From an uncultured Lachnospiraceae bacterium (GTDB lineage: Bacteria > Bacillota > Clostridia > Lachnospirales > Lachnospiraceae), in the NCBI GenBank assembly GCA_947566645.1, contig CANOKL010000012.1, forward strand, positions 21,951 to 85,950: DNA of 64,000 nt. Reading direction: 5' to 3'. The position numbers and the translations under genes were made by a program. Shown here piece after piece: positions 62,919-64,000 of the stretch (position 1 is its first letter; the number at the start of each line of letters is the position of its first letter). The notes under the pieces are model-generated. The model made no database searches and had not been told where the DNA came from. It was given only the letters and a program-made list of their open reading frames with translations.

Positions 62919-63971
62919 TCAGTCAAGAAAGCCTTCCAGCGTAATTTCTGTCTTAACACCATTCTTTTCATTGAAATCACGGCATGCTTTATAATATGCC
63001 TGGATATTTTCATTGGTCACGCTGGGCGCCAGATCACATCCAGAGGAAAGTACAAAATGAGGATACGGCCTCATGTCCTCCAAAAGCTTATAAGTAGCAT
63101 TGTAAATCTCCTCCTCTGTTCCGGTAAAGAAACATGAGGATGGATCAATGTTGCCAAATACAAGCACATCTGCCGGAATCTGCGGAAGAATCTTGTTCAT
63201 GTCAACGCCGTTTCCAAAATGGAAACCTTTGCATCCCGTGTCATACATGGTGCGTGCAGATGCTTCTACTTTTCCACAGTCATGAAGGATCAGGTAGAAA
63301 TATTCATCCTGCACAGCCTCTACCAGCTTTTTCACATATACGTTGGAAAATTCATCCAGCATCTCCGGAGAGAGGATACCTGCTGTCGGCTCTGCCACAA
63401 AGATTCCGTTTGCGCCTTTTTCCTTGTAGAGCTTCGCACGCCTGATCAGGAAATCTGTGGAAACCTCCAGAAGCTCCTTCATCTCTTCCGGCTCTGAGAT
63501 GGTACACATCAATGCGTTTGACACTTCCATCAGATTCGCAGCCAGAGAGAATGGTCCGAGCATACCACCGAATACCGGGCGGTCCTTTACAAGCTCCTGG
63601 GCTTCAATGATCGCATCCGCAAACATCTGCTGTCTTCCGGCATTGACATCTGGTACCGGCATCTCAGACAGCTTGTCCAGTGACTTCAAAACATGCTTCT
63701 TCACCCCAGGAGCCTGCTTGTCGCTGAATGTAATCTTTGCCCCAAACGCCTCACTGTCTACCGTAAGGTCCATCCCAGTGATTGCCGCAATCGTCTCTGG
63801 ATATTCTGTGATTACTTCTTTCATGGCAACCGCCATATTTTTACTGTCCGTTACTGACTCAATAACCCCCATGTTGATGTTCTTCAGCACCGGAAAGAAC
63901 AATACCGGCAGGTTTCTGACATCCTTTGAATCAATAATATCCTTTGACCATCTGTCCATATTGATTTTCAT
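62919..63971 (-). CDS. uroporphyrinogen-decarboxylase-fold methylcorrinoid methyltransferase (MtaA/CmuA family)
   Basis: ORF track 350 aa. GGAGG RBS upstream at 63985-63989. The family call rests on length, context and general sequence pattern. Confidence 0.65.
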   Translation of the reverse strand: MKINMDRWSKDIIDSKDVRNLPVLFFPVLKNINMGVIESVTDSKNMAVAMKEVITEYPETIAAITGMDLTVDSEAFGAKITFSDKQAPGVKKHVLKSLDKLSEMPVPDVNAGRQQMFADAIIEAQELVKDRPVFGGMLGPFSLAANLMEVSNALMCTISEPEEMKELLEVSTDFLIRRAKLYKEKGANGIFVAEPTAGILSPEMLDEFSNVYVKKLVEAVQDEYFYLILHDCGKVEASARTMYDTGCKGFHFGNGVDMNKILPQIPADVLVFGNIDPSSCFFTGTEEEIYNATYKLLEDMRPYPHFVLSSGCDLAPSVTNENIQAYYKACRDFNEKNGVKTEITLEGFLD

Positions 63972-64000
63972 CTTGTAAAACCTCCTATCCTCTTACTCTT

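Noticed and set aside
1-64000. Search for rRNA, tRNA, CRISPR, transposase, integrase or prophage genes.
   Set aside because: I recognised none. All long ORFs are accounted for by metabolic, transport or accessory proteins, so no mobile-element call is made beyond the small dispersed repeats.

Overview
The window reads as a Clostridia-like anaerobe chromosome, an inference from gene content, and is almost entirely coded on the minus strand. (1) 1-17.5 kb holds an anaerobic allantoin/ureide catabolism cluster. It contains an FdrA-YlbE fusion, allD, allE, two tandem NCS1-permease plus allantoinase-like modules, and a divergent YlbF/DUF2877-like gene. A roughly 5 kb accessory insert interrupts it, carrying an alpha/beta hydrolase, two small ORFs and two AAA-ATPase-like/PD-(D/E)XK_9 paralogs. 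(2) 17.6-19.5 kb is an IbrA/IbrB-like pair (PP-loop PAPS-reductase-like plus ParB/Srx-like) with no established biochemical function. I consider it the best candidate for an uncharacterised system. (3) 19.5-25.3 kb is an Opp/Dpp-type ABC operon. (4) 25.5-52.1 kb is a near-complete anaerobic cobalamin (cbi/cob) gene array with an internal cobalamin riboswitch. Embedded in it is an unusual extracytoplasmic module: BtuFCD-like importer, exported CbiK-like lipoprotein, two related surface proteins, BioY-like protein and ABC-2 exporter. (5) 52.2-64 kb holds an EamA transporter, a GrdB/GrdE-type selenoprotein reductase component (in-frame UGA plus SECIS-like hairpin), DUF1638, a HyuA-like ATPase-fold protein, a BCCT transporter and an MttB-family/corrinoid/MtaA-like methyltransferase set. 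Non-coding structure includes a 38-bp perfect-palindrome family (5 copies, always at 3' ends of transcription units, donating stop codons to 4 CDS). There is also a 40-nt nested hairpin motif (2 copies in the cob array) and a 33-bp x 6 tandem repeat derived from a gene's 3' end. I recognised no rRNA, tRNA, CRISPR array, transposase or integrase.
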